DNA of 64,000 nucleotides, taken from positions 264,979-328,978 of the forward strand of contig NMRA01000126.1 in NCBI GenBank assembly GCA_002633005.1. The letters are read 5' to 3'. The notes beneath the pieces were generated by a model. The model was not told the DNA's origin. It searched no databases and saw only the letters and a list, made by a program, of their open reading frames with translations. This DNA is from Phoronis australis (Eukaryota; Animalia; Phoronida). Position 1 is the first letter of the stretch. Every line of letters starts with the position of its first letter. This document shows, in pieces, positions 12,601 through 27,600 of the stretch. Both the position numbers and the translations under genes were made by a program.

Positions 12601-15600
12601 TTCGGTTTTGGTTTTGATTGGCAAGATGCTTTCAGTACATGTAGTCATTCATGGTAGCAACAGAGAACGTTCTGTGAACACCACAGACCGACTGAAATTT
12701 AGTGGTTGCTTCACCGACGGGAGGGTTGACCGCCACTAACTGGACATATTCAAGAACTTGATGTTTGTGCCTTTGTCTTGTCGTAAACAAAGTCTCGTTT
12801 GACTTGAAGGAATGCAGCTTAAATTCAACTTTTTCAAACAGCCTCCGGTCGTCACCGTGACCATTTTCCATCGTAAATAGTGTTTGACAACACAACTATA
12901 TGTGAGTTAATGTATATTACCAGGAAGGCACTACCTTCCTGCTATTACTTATGTACAGGTAAATCACCGTTTTATAAACGTCAATGGAGCTTTGTAAGAC
13001 AAGTATTAGGATGAAAACAAAATGCCGAAGTTTATTATAAGATTAGGACAGATTATGAAATCATGAACTCATACTTCGGAGTCAACAATATCCCGGATAG
13101 ACCGCTCATACCTTCACATTGACCGTTACTATTGTAAAGAGGGACTTGAATTCTTTTTGAAAACGTTTTGTTCAGTAATGCAGAACTCATCGTGATGATT
13201 GGAAATTCCCTCTTGCAAAACGTTTGGCCAGGCAACATGCCTTTACGGTAGTACCCGAGCCTTGCAAGACCTTCCTAATAATATTTAAGACGCTCGGTTC
13301 CATCCATGTTTTAAACGTCTAACTAGAACCTTTTTTGTTTAATAAATTGTCTAATACCGAGGGTAGCACCTACGTCTATTATTGATGTTTATGTTTATTT
13401 TCCATATTGTGCTATATACCTTTGTTGCTTTATTCTTTCATCTTTGTTGATGGTTATCATTTGTGCTCTTTAATTTGCATTTTGGTCATGTTTTATGTGC
13501 TCTATGTTTTCATTTATTTTATTAAATCTTTGTTCGGACCACAATGGAAATAATTCTCTGCCTGTGCACTATCAGTGTTTTCCACTTGTACTTTTATTTA
13601 CTTTCATTTGTCTTGTGTTTTTTTCTTGTATTTTCTGTACTTGTGTGAACTAAGCAGAAGTCATCATCATCAGTAACAGGTATTTCGATGAACTGCAGAA
13701 AAACGGTAGGTTTAATGACAACTTTTCGCTTAAATTAACTGAGCAATGTTGCCGTTTGATTGTTTCAAGTCCTTATCTCAAAAGGCATTCTAGTTCAAAA
13801 ACTTAGAAATATGTACCAAATTAAGTTATATGTAACATAGCATAATGTTCACATCCTTTCTGTTATCAAACTAAAAGCCTTTTTAGCACACTTTTGTACC
13901 TCGGCCGAGATCGGAAAATCATCGACTATTCCCGTCTATTTCCGTGACCTGATTTCCTGTGTGTCAGTTCAGCCTCCCGTTCAGTAACGCTAGGACCTCG
14001 CTAAAACGCAAGACTTCGCGAGATTACGAGAGATATTGCCGTGCATTTTAAATGAGAACACGTGACTTTGACTAGGTTTTAGCTAGGTCCTAGCGTAGGT
14101 CCTAGCGTCTACTGAACGCACGCCAGGAACGGTTCCTGAATGCCAGCCACGCTGTCCTTGAAAACGTGTTGACTGGACATCACCGTGACCGTAAATCCGT
14201 TCTTACTTTGTTCGGTGATTTTTGATTCCCATTTTGGTTCTTTTTATATAAACCTGATTATTTATTGTCCTAGTTTTACCTGTTCTTTGCATATGACGAA
14301 TAGTATAATCATAAGTTTGAAGTACCGTCGCAAAGTTTCCGGCGTACTAGCCAACGCTCGGATACTGAGGTCAGCCCTGACTCATCGCGAGGGCAGGCCT
14401 ACGTCAAATTAGCAACACTAACCGTTTAGGTAATAAATTAGACAAAAAAAGTTTCTTGATCAACAAATGACTTATCTTTATCGCCATATCTTGAAACTGA
14501 TGCAAAGTACCAGCCTGAAGTGACTACCCGGACGCCGTGTGAGCGCAGTGCTTGGCAGCAAATCGGCACCGGCTTTATTGTCTTAAGAAATTTGTAACAG
14601 CTTAATTAGCACATCAAAGAAAGTCAGTCGGCCGCAGAGGAGCAGCCACAATCTCAGTGTCTGATTTACCCAGAGGGAAAAATGAGTTCATTCTCCCCTA
14701 CACTTGACACATTTACTCCTAGAATTGACATGGTTACACCAACCACTGAAACTTTCTTTCTCAGAGATACATGCAGTGATGGGCCGGTGAGCCTAGGCCC
14801 GGGTGTCAGGCACCAAATCACAGGCCTGCGACCAACATTTTTAAGGGAGAGTTCGAATTGCTCATTTTCTTTGACGGGAGGTCGAATTTCAAAAGTTTGT
14901 ACCTTAATTGCCATGCAGCGCAGACGTTCTAATTTCTCTAGTAAGCCGGTTGTCCACGTCAGCCCGAATCTCCAGTCGACAATTTTGGGTCTCAGTTGTT
15001 TGCTTCTTGGTCAACCCCTGCTCTCTTGCAAATTTAGTCTTTACACAGAACCCATTGCCGTGTAGGCCTACGCTGATGTCAAAACTTTGATACTGTATCT
15101 TTGCAAATACCGGGATATATCACGTTAGCAGACATTTGGCGCGTGAGTTAAAAAACACTACATGTACAGGCATTCAGAGTTCATCAGTGAACGGGACGAG
15201 ACGTCTACTTATAAATCTGCAAACAAAATCTGGAATATCATTCTGGGATTGAGGAATTATCGATGACTAAACTATGATGTGAAATGAACCTGACAGGGAA
15301 GCAAACTGTTTTTTTTTAATTTTCCTCGTCTTTAGGAAACCGTACAAACCGTTGCTCACGCACTTCAAACAGGGCAACCCGCTCTTCACAGCTGCTTTTG
15401 ACACTTGTAATGAGTCGTCGACGTGGAATTAGGAATCGTAGTAAGGACTTTAAAAAATGGCGGTAATGAAGTGCTGTGATACGGCGGGTTAAGATGAAGA
15501 AGATTTAAAATGAAAACTATTGTCTTAAGCGCTGAAACATGGCATGAGGACTTAAATTTTCCAAAGATTTGCTGTTTCTCTCACTGGTTTTTCGCTATTT

Positions 15601-18600
15601 TCTTCTTTCGCTCGTGGAATAATTTGTCTGTGTCTCACATCCGCCGTATTTATTTTCGAGTACGATTTCAAGTTCACTGCCTAACGAAACTTGGAATTTG
15701 GAGCATATACTCGAAATTTTTACTCAAAATCGTACTCGAAATATAGATGAAATACACTTCATTTCTAGTATACTCGAAAATTGAGTACGTGCTCGAAATT
15801 TCGAGTACAGATTTTTCGAGTATGACATTGAATACACCAAAATTGAGTCTGTAGTTGAGTATGAAGTGTGAGTTTGAGTATGATTCGAGTCTTAGTACGG
15901 AGATTGGAGAACAGGCCCTGGTTTCGCGGTTAGTTCAAAATGGCGGTGTGATCTTCGTGTCGGAATCGTGAGTGACGCGTTTATTTAAACTTTCTTCGAC
16001 TACGCATTGTGTATTGGTTATGGGATAAGTACTGGGTGGTTCCTTATAATGTCTTCTAACCGTTTAATAAGGGTTAAAAACGTGTGCTTCTAGGACTTTA
16101 AGCTGAATCGCGTTTACCATCGTTAGTCAAATCATGTCGGACCAAAATGTCCTTTCTTGGACTGCTACGGCCCTTCTTCAGGTTGAAGTAAACAGTCATT
16201 TATAATGGACAGTAACAATGAAAAAAATTGAGCGTAAATATAAAGGAAGTATAGGTTATGTGGAAGACAAAAGTGTCTTATTCCATGTTCATTGAGATAT
16301 GCAAGGGAAAAATTGAATATTGATAAATTTACCAGCTTATTTGAGGTTTAATTTAAATAACTTTCTTGTTAATTTTTGTTCAGTTGCAGTGTTCCAGTAT
16401 TTCAACCTTATTATATACAAAGATGTAATGAAAATCGCTTGTGAAATTGTTTTATAAAGTTAAAAATATTGTCACATTTCAGATTTTAATCTTAAATGTT
16501 GTTTATAATAACTCAGACTAAAAACGATGTAACTGAGGTTACACTGCTCAAAGACAAATTAAAGATATTCTTTGGGGTACATTTTAGTTAAAATCCGTAC
16601 AAAATGAATTTTAACGCAAACCAGATTTATAAAACGTATTATCTAATGATGCCCTTTCAACATGATATCATATTTCAAAATAAACACAACATGGCATAGA
16701 CATTTTCGTAATCCTCGGCTACACTTGGGTGATACAATTCTCACACATCTGTACACATCCCTGGAAACACTGTGAAAAATACTTTGACGCTTTCTATGCA
16801 TTACCAAACACATTTTTATTGTCTGAATTTTCAGATTTAAGATAAAAACACCTTCGTTACTTGAGCTAAACCGTTTTAACGGTATTTTTGTGGATTCCGT
16901 ACTCTGGTTCTCGCGGTAGATGTATAACCTGACTGGATTTTGCTGGTAGAGACAGTATTTTTTTCTCAGAGTCAAATTTTCTTTTCAAAAATAGCCATCC
17001 ACAAGGAACTGACACAGGGATCGGATTTGTCCTTGAAGTGGTGCCGTAGTGGTTATCTTATTCTTGATAGTATTAAAGAGTGTTGACTGGATTTATTTTC
17101 TTGATTCCACTTATTTGGGGGAAAATCTTAGGCTAATTCAATGGTATGAATAAATGCATAGTGTTCTCATACTGTCAGTATGAAATTAGAATGACATGCT
17201 CTGGAGTTTCTGATAGCACAGGTTTTTTTCTTTGATAAAAGATATTGATGCGTTCTGCACTTAGAGTGGAATCGTATGAAAAGCAGACTTGGAAGAAGTC
17301 CTGGTGGCTCTTATGGATACGATATATCAGTTTTGTTGATAAAAATATTCATATTTGATATTCAAATTTATTGGAAACAGTAGATAAATAGTTTACCTTG
17401 AAACATATTGCTGTCATAAGATGAGACATTACCATCAGCAATCGCCATCTATGAATATTGGACAATACAGTATAGACTGCTAATTTTTGCACTGCGATCT
17501 ATACTCAAGTAAACAAACTAGAAATATTACCCAGACATGTCGCACGGATATCTTCGAAGCGCTTGAAGGGTTAATAACCGACTGATCGCAAACCGAAGAT
17601 GAAACCTCTCGCCATCGTATTCATAGACTTTACTATTCCGACCACTGTATTGTTGGAGACCTATCCTCTGACCATAGAAGTTGTGGCTTTGGTCTTCCAG
17701 CGTATACCTGTTGTCTAGTGTCTCTCGCTGATCAATGAGGTGATGAAATTTACTTTTAGGGTTCGCATATAGCCCGTAAAAAGAAATTTTGGTCTTAGTT
17801 TTGTATACGTTTTTAACCATGCATATCGTTTTCGAGCCAGGGTTCACTTTAATCACGGCGTAAATGGCCTCGGATTTCTTGTACAACCCTTTTAATTTGG
17901 CGCTAAGCTGTAGAATTTGTAATAAATCGAAATAAATGGGGTTAAAATTTGTTGCCAAAGACAATCAGCAAATGTTTGGAAATGCGACAAAAACTCTACT
18001 CTAGCCGTCAGATGTTTGGGGTACGACCTGTGTCTGATTTCGTTGCTGCGCCACCACCGGTTTAGTTTCCTAAAGTCTGATTAGCGATTATTTTTAGAAA
18101 AGTCAAGGGTTTTACATAACTGGATAAAACATTATTCGTGTCCATGTTTAACTTAACAAAAAATTCGTTTTAACTTGAATTATACCCGAATTGTTCGTCA
18201 ACCTCGGGTGCACCATTGCATTTTGCACGTCATCCTTCTACAAAATAGCGAGCATGTCTTCAATATCGAGTTTCGTAACGCAAGAGGCAAACGAGATATT
18301 TCGTGTGTTTTGCTCCAATAGATACGTACTACCGTTTACATAGCCTGTCGGAAGTCAGTCACCACAGGCCAGCCGGCTAGACTGAGTCGCCCTCACCAAA
18401 CACTCTGGTATTTTCGTAGCCTCAAATTTCACCTCGGAGGTAAAAGTTCTATACGCATGTGCGAACTTCAGTCATGCGACTAATCACTGCCTCATTTGAA
18501 AGATACACGATTCGCATCAAAAACCAACGAACAATGTGTCGTGGAATTCGGCAACATTTCGTAAGTCCACTGAAAAATAGCTGGACAACGGAAAACATTC

Positions 18601-21600
18601 AAATAATTTACTGCAAAGACGCTCCTATTGTAGAGTGAAATTGAACTCTAGTTCTGGAACAAATGTCACTTCAAAGCATGTAAGTAAAGAAAAATGCCGT
18701 TGCATACAGCGTGAGTAAAAATCCAATGAACTTTTCAATGACCCCGTCATTGTACTGCGATTGTGATTTGCCGAATGACAAAGGATCACAAGCGCAACTG
18801 GCTAAGTGCCTGGGAAACGATCCAAAAATGCATTGATAATCTTAGTTGATGGATAAATTTGAGTGAGGAAAGCAGCAGAATCAAAACCAAGTAAACAAAA
18901 GTAGGTGTAGGCACGTGGCATTGCTTTTGATGCCGGATATTACAAGACGAGAGCGCTCGGAGGAGCGACACTTGGCGAAATTAACCAAAAAAACACGTTA
19001 GAGATGACTAGAAAAGACGACGACAGAGATGATGACGAAGATGACAGCTATGACGACGATGGTGGCGATGATGGACAATGCAAGTTATGATATCATTCAT
19101 ATGATGAACGTAGAGATCAGAAATCACTAAGAAATAGGCTACAGTCTTGAGCAACACTTGGCGAAATTAACTGAAGAAAAGACGTCGGAGGTGATGACGA
19201 ATATGATGACGATGGTGATGAGGATGATCAACATCATAACATTCATATGGCGAACTTGGATGTCATAAAACAGTAATAAAGAGGCTACAGTCTTGTTCAA
19301 TAGAAGCTAAACCAACATCAATACAGCAAGAGCGCTCAACAAAGGAACAGCGCTATCAAATATCTCGAATAATTCAAAAAGTAGACGTCCTAGCGAAAAA
19401 TGGGAAACATATTCTGAAAGCCCCTTCAAAATTCTATCTAAAGTGATAGTATCGTTAAACTCCGTTAGTTTTTCGAAAAATTGAAATTTTGCGGGTTTTT
19501 TGAAATTCAAAGTCAAATAACTCGAACACGGTAAGTCTGAGAAAAAAATTGTTACAGTTCATTTGAAAGAGTATACCTCAGAGAATCTACATGCAAAGAT
19601 TCACGTCATTTTCTCTTCCCGTTTAAAATGGCACTCTGGCTCGACTGAAAATGGGTCAACATGCGCCAGATCCGCCATCTTGGAATCAACTTCCGGTTTT
19701 TTTAGAATTGGATAATAGCCGGCGACAAAAAACTAATATCTGAAAAATTTCAAAGCAATTGGTTACTTAAAGCGCCCTCTAGAGGACAAAACGTTTTTTT
19801 TCCGAAATCGAGGTGCGCATGTGCCATTGCCGATATTTCCGCCACTTTTGACCGGAAGTAAATGATTTCTAAAAGAGTTAGAGGAACTGGATTATTTCAT
19901 ATTTGTGCCGAGATTGAGCCCGATACGTCAAAAATTGCGGGTTCTATGAGCAGCTCAATCACAAATCGGAAACAAAATGGCCGCCATATCCGCCATCTTG
20001 GATCCGATCAGACCAAAAACATTAGGCTTCCAGCACTATTGGAGCTACACGTTGTGTGTAAATTTCGTGTGGATAGGACGAAAATTGCGACATGTAGAGT
20101 GCGAACAAAAAAAAAATGACGACAGCAACATACTTGGCGAAATTTATTTCGCCAAATAATGATGCCATGCGTCTGAACATGCGCGAATGTGGTAACTCTG
20201 AGGAGGTGACCCGTCGCCAATATTATGACTGACGGCCTAACTGACCAATCAGAACGCAGCGTTCTTGACACACCTTCGTCAAGCCGCCATTTTACCCGAC
20301 AAACAATACGTTGTCGTGCAAAACTTACTTAAGTCTATAGCTCAAGACATTGCGTGATAAGAATGGTGATACGGTGTTGATATGGCGTGTGTAATTCTGA
20401 CAGTCGTTATGCAGCTCGAGAATGAGAATATCCCGTCATTTTTTGGGCATCTCCTCAGCCGAAAAGTGATGTCGAAAGGTTTAAACTATGTATCAAACTG
20501 AACTTGTCAATGTTGCTTGATTACTCGAAGGTTAAACACATATGCATTAATTTTTGTTCCAAGATACACACTTTTCAGTTTGGTGGTTACAGTGTAGGCT
20601 TATCCGATTTTCACTCGTTTGGCGGCCTTTGTCTTGGCACCTGCTGGATCTCAGCACTATAGTCCATCGATAGTCCCTGGAAATTGTTTTTATATTTTTA
20701 CTATTTTTCAGTTATTTCGACCTATAGACATCGTTTTGTTTCGTAGCAGAGGTACATTTTTGTCATTCATATACCCAATAGCTGGCGTTCAACTGAACTT
20801 TTTTCCAAAACTGAGTGATTCGATCGGCACAGAGAGGGGCTCTGAATTACTGAACTCAAAGCCTTATCGAGCTGTTGTCACGAAAAAATAAAAAGTTGAA
20901 TAACTTTTTGATGAGAACCTCTAGTATACACTTCGCCAGTAGAATTACAGAGAGATCATTTTGAAGTTATTAAACATGATATTTAGATTTATGAAGCTTT
21001 AAAAAAGGAATTTGAGTAATTTTTGTAAATAGCCATTTTTGCCACCACACCAGACTTGTTATTTTTTGTTACCTGTAACAATACCGCAGTTTAATGATCA
21101 TGTTACGTTTAATAGTAACTTTTATGCAGTGAAACTACAAAAAATGCGAAGGTAAGCCTAACTTAAATGTCTTAATGGTGCAATTACGTGCATTAATTTG
21201 ACTTGGACACAGCCTTAGACCTACTGGAGCTAACTGCTTGCCTTGGACAAGATGAGTGTGCACTTGAGATATAAACCTGAGCTTTTTAATCGAAATATTT
21301 TGGTCGAAGATTAGAAAGCGTAAACAGTGTTATCGGCTCTACCTACTTTACTCGGGAAGTCCCACGGGCAGTTGTGACCTACTTTTCATTTGGCGGATTT
21401 TAGCAGACAACAGAATGAAAATATCGGTGAATCTTCTCTGATTTTGTTCGAAAGATCCTAAAATCTATGGCATCGTACAGATAATTAAACTTTAAGGTAC
21501 ATACCCAGCTTTACATGAACATATCGCTTCAGTGGCCTTGTCATTTGTCACGTTAAGGGGGCGGGGGTTCGTCGGGTTTTCGCTGGCTCCGAAATACTTT

Positions 21601-24600
21601 TCCTTGAACACTTATTTTTTCATCGTCGCCTTTGCAAACTCTCACATCGTAAGCATAGGATTCTTTGCTGAAAAGCATCGCCTGTTGTCTTTGTCGAAGC
21701 GCTTTCGGATAGTGCCAAAAACATTCATCGATTCCACCAGGAACGTCGTTTAGCGACAGTGTATTTGCCTCTGACATCTTGTTTGTTTGTCGAGTGTCAC
21801 GTGACTTTTCGCAAGGAGGCGGAGCTTGCGATAGGTCTAATTGGGATAATACTCGCTAGTGATGGCTTACGAAATGAATGTGTAGGCCTCTAGCTCCGTA
21901 AGGTGTTTGAAAGCAACCAGGGGGGCAAAACTTCCACGTCTACACATAGACTGTTGCAACAACCAACGTAACGATATTAGCGCGTCATGTTAGAGAGGTA
22001 ATTATTTTTTGGTACAAAATCCGCTGAAGTGCATGTAGCTCCCGGCTTTACGTTATTTTTCAAGAGCTTGAAAACATGTGATGGCAAACGATTAGATTGT
22101 GAGTTTACGTGGTTCTGCAATTCCTTTTGGATGACAAGGTAAGTACGTTTTCCTATTTTTCTAAACCGACTTCTGAATACCTTGAACTGGTTTGGTTGCT
22201 CAGAATGTATTTTACACCACGCGGATCTTTATTTTTGACAAAACTTTTTCGTTTTATATAAAGTAAGGTTGGTACATTACCCGCAACAAAAAAATGGTGT
22301 GGCTGAATTCCCGAAAACCTGAAACATTCCTTGCACAAACCATCCCACGGCATTCACGCCGTGCTGGCGTTACATTATTCAATGATCAAGCGATGCTTTC
22401 GCCTTTCACTCCAAACTACTGCAACCCAGAAATACACATTTCAGATCGGATTCCCTAATTTAAAACGCGGAATAAAATCCGGTATACGCCTACTCATGAC
22501 GTCTCCAAACTGAAGAGGGTGTATAAATTATGGTACAACGACTCACATGGGCAAATGTTCGGGCTTTCGTCTTCTCCTCCGGGGCAGTCGTTTTTTCGAT
22601 CACATACAGTGGTTTGGTTGATGCAGGTGCCGTCGTTTGGGCATTCAACTTGGTAATCAGCGCACTTGGAAGGTGGCGATAAAAACAGCGCAACGTCTGC
22701 TGCAGTTGTCGTTTCAGCCATTTTCCATGGTTTGGTTGTTTCTGCCAGAGCTGTAACATCACAGCATGAACTTTACTTTTCTCGTTAAAGCATAGTATTC
22801 ACACAGTCCTGGGTTCATAATAAAGTATTAAGTTACCGTCGTTAGCAAGGGCCGGGTTTCTTAAATAATTTTTAAGTGTTGGTAGACCCAATTTTTTTTA
22901 ATATTTTTGAAATCTTTTATGATCGCAGAATTTTTTGTGTACGACATTAATGTCCACATGTTTGTAATAATGTAATCATATGATTTACTGTTTTCTAAAA
23001 ACATTTATAAATCGTTGCAATATGCACAGTTGTAAGCATGGAGTTTTTCGAATGAATCTCACAAATTCTACTTTTTATTCTACAAGCAGCTACAAATCGT
23101 GATTTGCAGTTTTCTTTTAAGGCATTTTAGCCTGAGAACTCTGCTCTAAAAATTAAGACGTCAAAAACACTCGAAAACGGAATTCTTATTTTTTGACAGC
23201 CGTGCTCTTGGACTAAAAGACACAAGAAAATCACAGACGCGCTTCCGTAAGTAATGGAATAACGAAATAGAATTTGCAAGTTTCTTGCGGAATTTGCGGA
23301 AGCCTATAGGTGTCACAACACTCCCACAAACTCCCCACAGCACCCTCAAAATTCACAACCCCCCAGAAGCCACAACAACTCCAACAGTCACAACACCCCA
23401 GAAGTCAAAAATCAAGTCTAACTTCATTGTTTCATTTTCATTTTGTCACTTCTGTGTGTGCGTGCGTGCGGGCGTGCGTGCGTGCGTGCGTGCGTGTGTG
23501 TGTTATTGCTGTTTTCAGTTGTTTCTGTAATAATTAAATGATGCAATTTCCCATTCCTCTAACTAAAACAAAAAACGCCGTAGGACACTTTTGGGTGTTA
23601 CGTCTCCCGTTCGACAAAAACCGATTTTGTGTTTTGCGGCAAACATTTCACCCTTGCGTTTTGGCTTAGACCCACATGCACCGCTTTTTATCCGGAAATC
23701 CCGCTTTTCAATCCACGAGTTATCACTTTTTTCATTTACGAATGCTGACCGTGACAGTTATGCAACAGTTCAAAATAACATGGTCTCCTCATACACTGTT
23801 GACATGTATCAGGATCACTAATTTTCGATTTCTGAAGAAATGAGTTCATCTATAAGCTTCCGTGGAAAGTCTTACACCCCAACCAATGAAATGAGCTATT
23901 CACATTTCAAAGCTACACAACAGAAAAAAGCTTTATCAGCAAATTTCGAATAGTTAGAGTAATCAGTATATCACACTTTTGTAATAGTAAATGACACTGC
24001 ATCTTCATTTTTACTGAAGAATCTAATTGTATCAAACGGTAACAAAAGTCCAATTAATTTTTAAAGATTATAATTTTGGATGAATGCCTGACAAAATTCT
24101 TCCAAGCAACTGTGAGGGATTCATATTCTAAAATCTTTGTCTTTATAGGATAGAAATCTTTTCAATCATTGAAATTAGCTCCCTGCTGTTTTAACTATCA
24201 TTTATGTACCCTATCTGGTTCATTCACCCTGTTATTTTTCGCATCTTGTTAACACTTGTTGTTTTTACAAATAAAAAAATATTTTATAAACCTGTATGGA
24301 ATATGAAATGATAATCACTCATGAATTCAATTCTCTATCTTTTGCTTTTAGTACAATCAAAAATTGATAAAGGTCTTGACTGGGCAGATAAGTGCAAATT
24401 TGCACCAGAATCGTGCAAATGATGATACAAGCACCAAATTTTCCATGATGACTCATAATAGCATATTCAAGGGAACTCTCCGACTAGCCACCTAAAAATC
24501 CAAGATGACGGCCATTTTTCAAGATGGCCGCCATCCAGTGTTCGCGATAATGATTTTCCGGTAAATCGGTATCTACCCAACCGAATTTAGCGATCTTGGT

Positions 24601-27600
24601 GTCAAATATTATAGTTTTAGGTATGCTTAATTCATTTTGGAAACTGTGAACACTCTCAATTACACATATTGTCAGTATATAGGCAGTTATACACTTTAAT
24701 TCGGTCAATTTATATGATTTTGTCTGGTCGAATTCGGGTCATGCTACGTTTGTCTTTTATCAATAGCTGATTATATATTATGCATGGGTTGTACGGGTGT
24801 AGTGGTAGAGTTAGTACCTTTGTTTCAGCAGTCAGCCACATACCCTGGATGGACTTCTGGTACTAGTCCTCACCGCTATGCTAACTCTCACTTATGGCTC
24901 CAAGAAGTTGCTGGTGTGTAGCAACGGCCACACCCCGGGACACCGCGTCGGCTCGTGGGAAAAACTAGGTGAGAGTAACACACAAAAGCTGTGTGTGTGT
25001 GAGAACTAGAGCATGTCTACCTCTAAACATACAGAGCATGAAGATGACGGGCCATGACTTGAAGACAATGTGTGGTAAGTAATTTTCTGGCACTACCAGG
25101 GCACACTGGTGACAATTACTGTGAAACTCAGCATGGGGTTCAATGTCAGCTGAAGAGGAATCTTTATTAGATACACCTGTTTAGTGTCCCAAATGCTGCT
25201 TAATCTACCCCATCAGTTAAGCAGTCGCACTTGAATTGACAGGATGTGCCTGCGCAGGAAAGCCGAGCCAAGGATAATGGGGTTCATAGTTATCCGGATG
25301 GTGTACAGATCGGACGGGACTTAAATGGCGTTGGATGAACGATCGGGCTAGGAGTAGGGCAAAATGCATGAACCTAGTCGTATCCCATACAGTAAAGTGC
25401 CCGAGACACATGGTGGTAAAAGGGTAAATCCTCGACCCTGCGTACCATAAAATAACAATGGCTTCAAGTAAAACATTTTGGCGCACCAACTGGGACAAAT
25501 GTTGCCTTTGTCAAACGGAGATGAAGGAAGATCTCACGTCTCCACTTTCAAATCCTTTGAAACCGCAAGATGTCGGAACAGCCATTTGGGAGGAATATTC
25601 CTCGATTTCATTCTCTCAATGAATTGCCAATAAATCTGGATCCCGCAAGACTTGACGATGGCAGCGTGATAGAGAACACTTTGAGAAAGAACAATGATCA
25701 GTACCATTCCAGCAGCAGGCTGCTCTTCTGCAATACGAAGTTGCAGCGAGCTGAAAAAAGATCAGCAGCAATTGTAGCAGACATTAGTGACAATAGCAAC
25801 AACAGCAAAGTACCAAGAAGAATCATAGACCCCAAGACGACCGAATGCCTCTTGTGTGAGGAGGAAGGGGAAACCCTGAGACAAGCTATGACCTTGAAAT
25901 TGAACCACAAAATCAATGAATGCGCCAAGACTCTCAATGATGATAAGTTCCTGACAAAACTGAGTCCCGGAGACGCCATCGCACAGGAAGTAAAATATCA
26001 CCCAGCATGCTTGGTAGCTCTGTACAACAGAGACAGGGCATTTCTGAATACTCAAAGGCAGAAGAAAGAAGAAGGGACTCTCAAGCAAAGAATGTATATC
26101 TGATTGATTTTTCGGAACTCGTGACACACATTACTGAGGTGAAAACTGCAAGTGATGGTTCAGATCCACCGGTTTTCCGACTTGTAGACTTGTTTTGTCT
26201 GTACAGGAAGAAGCTGGAGCAGCTAGTTATCGAATTGCCCGACAAACATGCTACCCTACTGAAAGAACGGTTGCTGTTCCACATCCCAGAATTAGAAGCT
26301 CATCACCAAGGGCGGGATGTCCTTCTTGCCTTTAAGACAGAGGAGAAATTCTAGCACAAGCCAGCAAATATGGTGAAGCAATCCACTTGGCCAAGGCTGC
26401 TGTTATAATACGAAGTGACATGGTGAAGCATAAAAGACCATATCAACGGCACATTCTACGATGGATGTCTTCAAGATGCTGTGCCTGACTCACTTCTTCA
26501 ATTCGTATGCAAGATTGAACATGGAGCTGATATCAAGTCACAACTCCAACGTGGAGCAGTACAACTGCTTTGCACGAACCAAGAAAGGATCACAATTTAA
26601 CAGGCATGCCAAGGATCGGGAGACCCCCTTTGCCATGTATGTTGATTTGTCTGCTTTTGCCAAAACAAGGAAGGGTCAACTGATTGAGATGCTCCATTAG
26701 AACGGAATCAGCGTTTCCTACGACAGAGTCCTTGAAATCTCAGCCCAGGTTGGAGAGGTTGTTGTGGCACAGTACATTGAAGATGGAGTCGTCTGCCCAC
26801 CAGTCCTGAAAAAGCAAGTGTTCACGACTTCAGCGGTGGACAACATTGACCACAACCCGACTGCAACTACAGCTCAATATTTCTTCCATGGTATCAGTAT
26901 GTCCCTTTTTCAGCACCCAAGTTCTGAATACCATGGTGAAGAACGTGAAGCACTGAAACTCAATCGAGATAACAAGGTCAAGAAAGTCCCAGAGTTTCCT
27001 GACGATTTCACAAACGTTCGACCAGCTTACATCACAAAGAATCCCAATCCTCCTACAATTACAAGTCATATTTACCCAAAACCTGAGTCAATCAAGTCAC
27101 ATATGAAGGAAGATTACATGTGGTTGGAAAAGATAGGCTATCACTAACCGAGACCATTGGGGACGGGGTGAATGTGTCACGGGCAGCTCATCATGCTGCA
27201 CAGAACAGGAGCCAGTTATTCGAAGTGAGCATTACCTCACTAATGCATACGATTCGTCACCAGGCCCACTCGGTTGCCACCACCAAGCACTGCATGCATA
27301 AGATTCAAAACACAGTGGCTTTCCTGACATGGGATGTGTGTGATGTTACTGAAACCTTCAAGAAACTCTGTCCGGGAAATTTTTCAGACGATGACCTGCA
27401 GAATCTGGAGAACTTCGTTGTCCTAATGTATGACAGTTCCAGTGCAGCTAGTGGTGTCAACGAGACAAGGTTGGATCTATTTGCCCGCAAGCGATTTCAC
27501 CAACCAGAGATGCCTTGTCAGACGTGCTGCCTGCCAAAGTGGCATCATCTGGAGCAAGGCGACTGTCTTGAACCCACAAACCAACACTCCTGCTGACTGG

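Noticed and set aside
12632-12895. ORF faintly like the N-terminus of a transposon RecQ helicase (VAVNPPVG...FQ versus VAVLPTG.GKS..FQ)
   Set aside because: The Walker A GKS is absent; too degenerate to call without a search.
17527-17964. 145-aa ORF with weak resemblance to Crypton/tyrosine-recombinase regions
   Set aside because: No catalytic motifs are recognisable.
18990-19240. Asp-rich GAT/GAC stretches as coding sequence
   Set aside because: Low-complexity duplicated sequence with no sustained ORF or credible splice sites.
24787-24891. HDV-like ribozyme candidate (GGGTGT/ATACCC crossing AGAGTTAGTA/TGCTAACTCT, GGACT/AGTCC hairpin)
   Set aside because: The pairings exist, but the P3/L3 segment is ~29 nt instead of ~13 and lacks the L3 consensus. 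The would-be catalytic CTAA is buried in the stem. An Infernal/RNArobo search would settle it.
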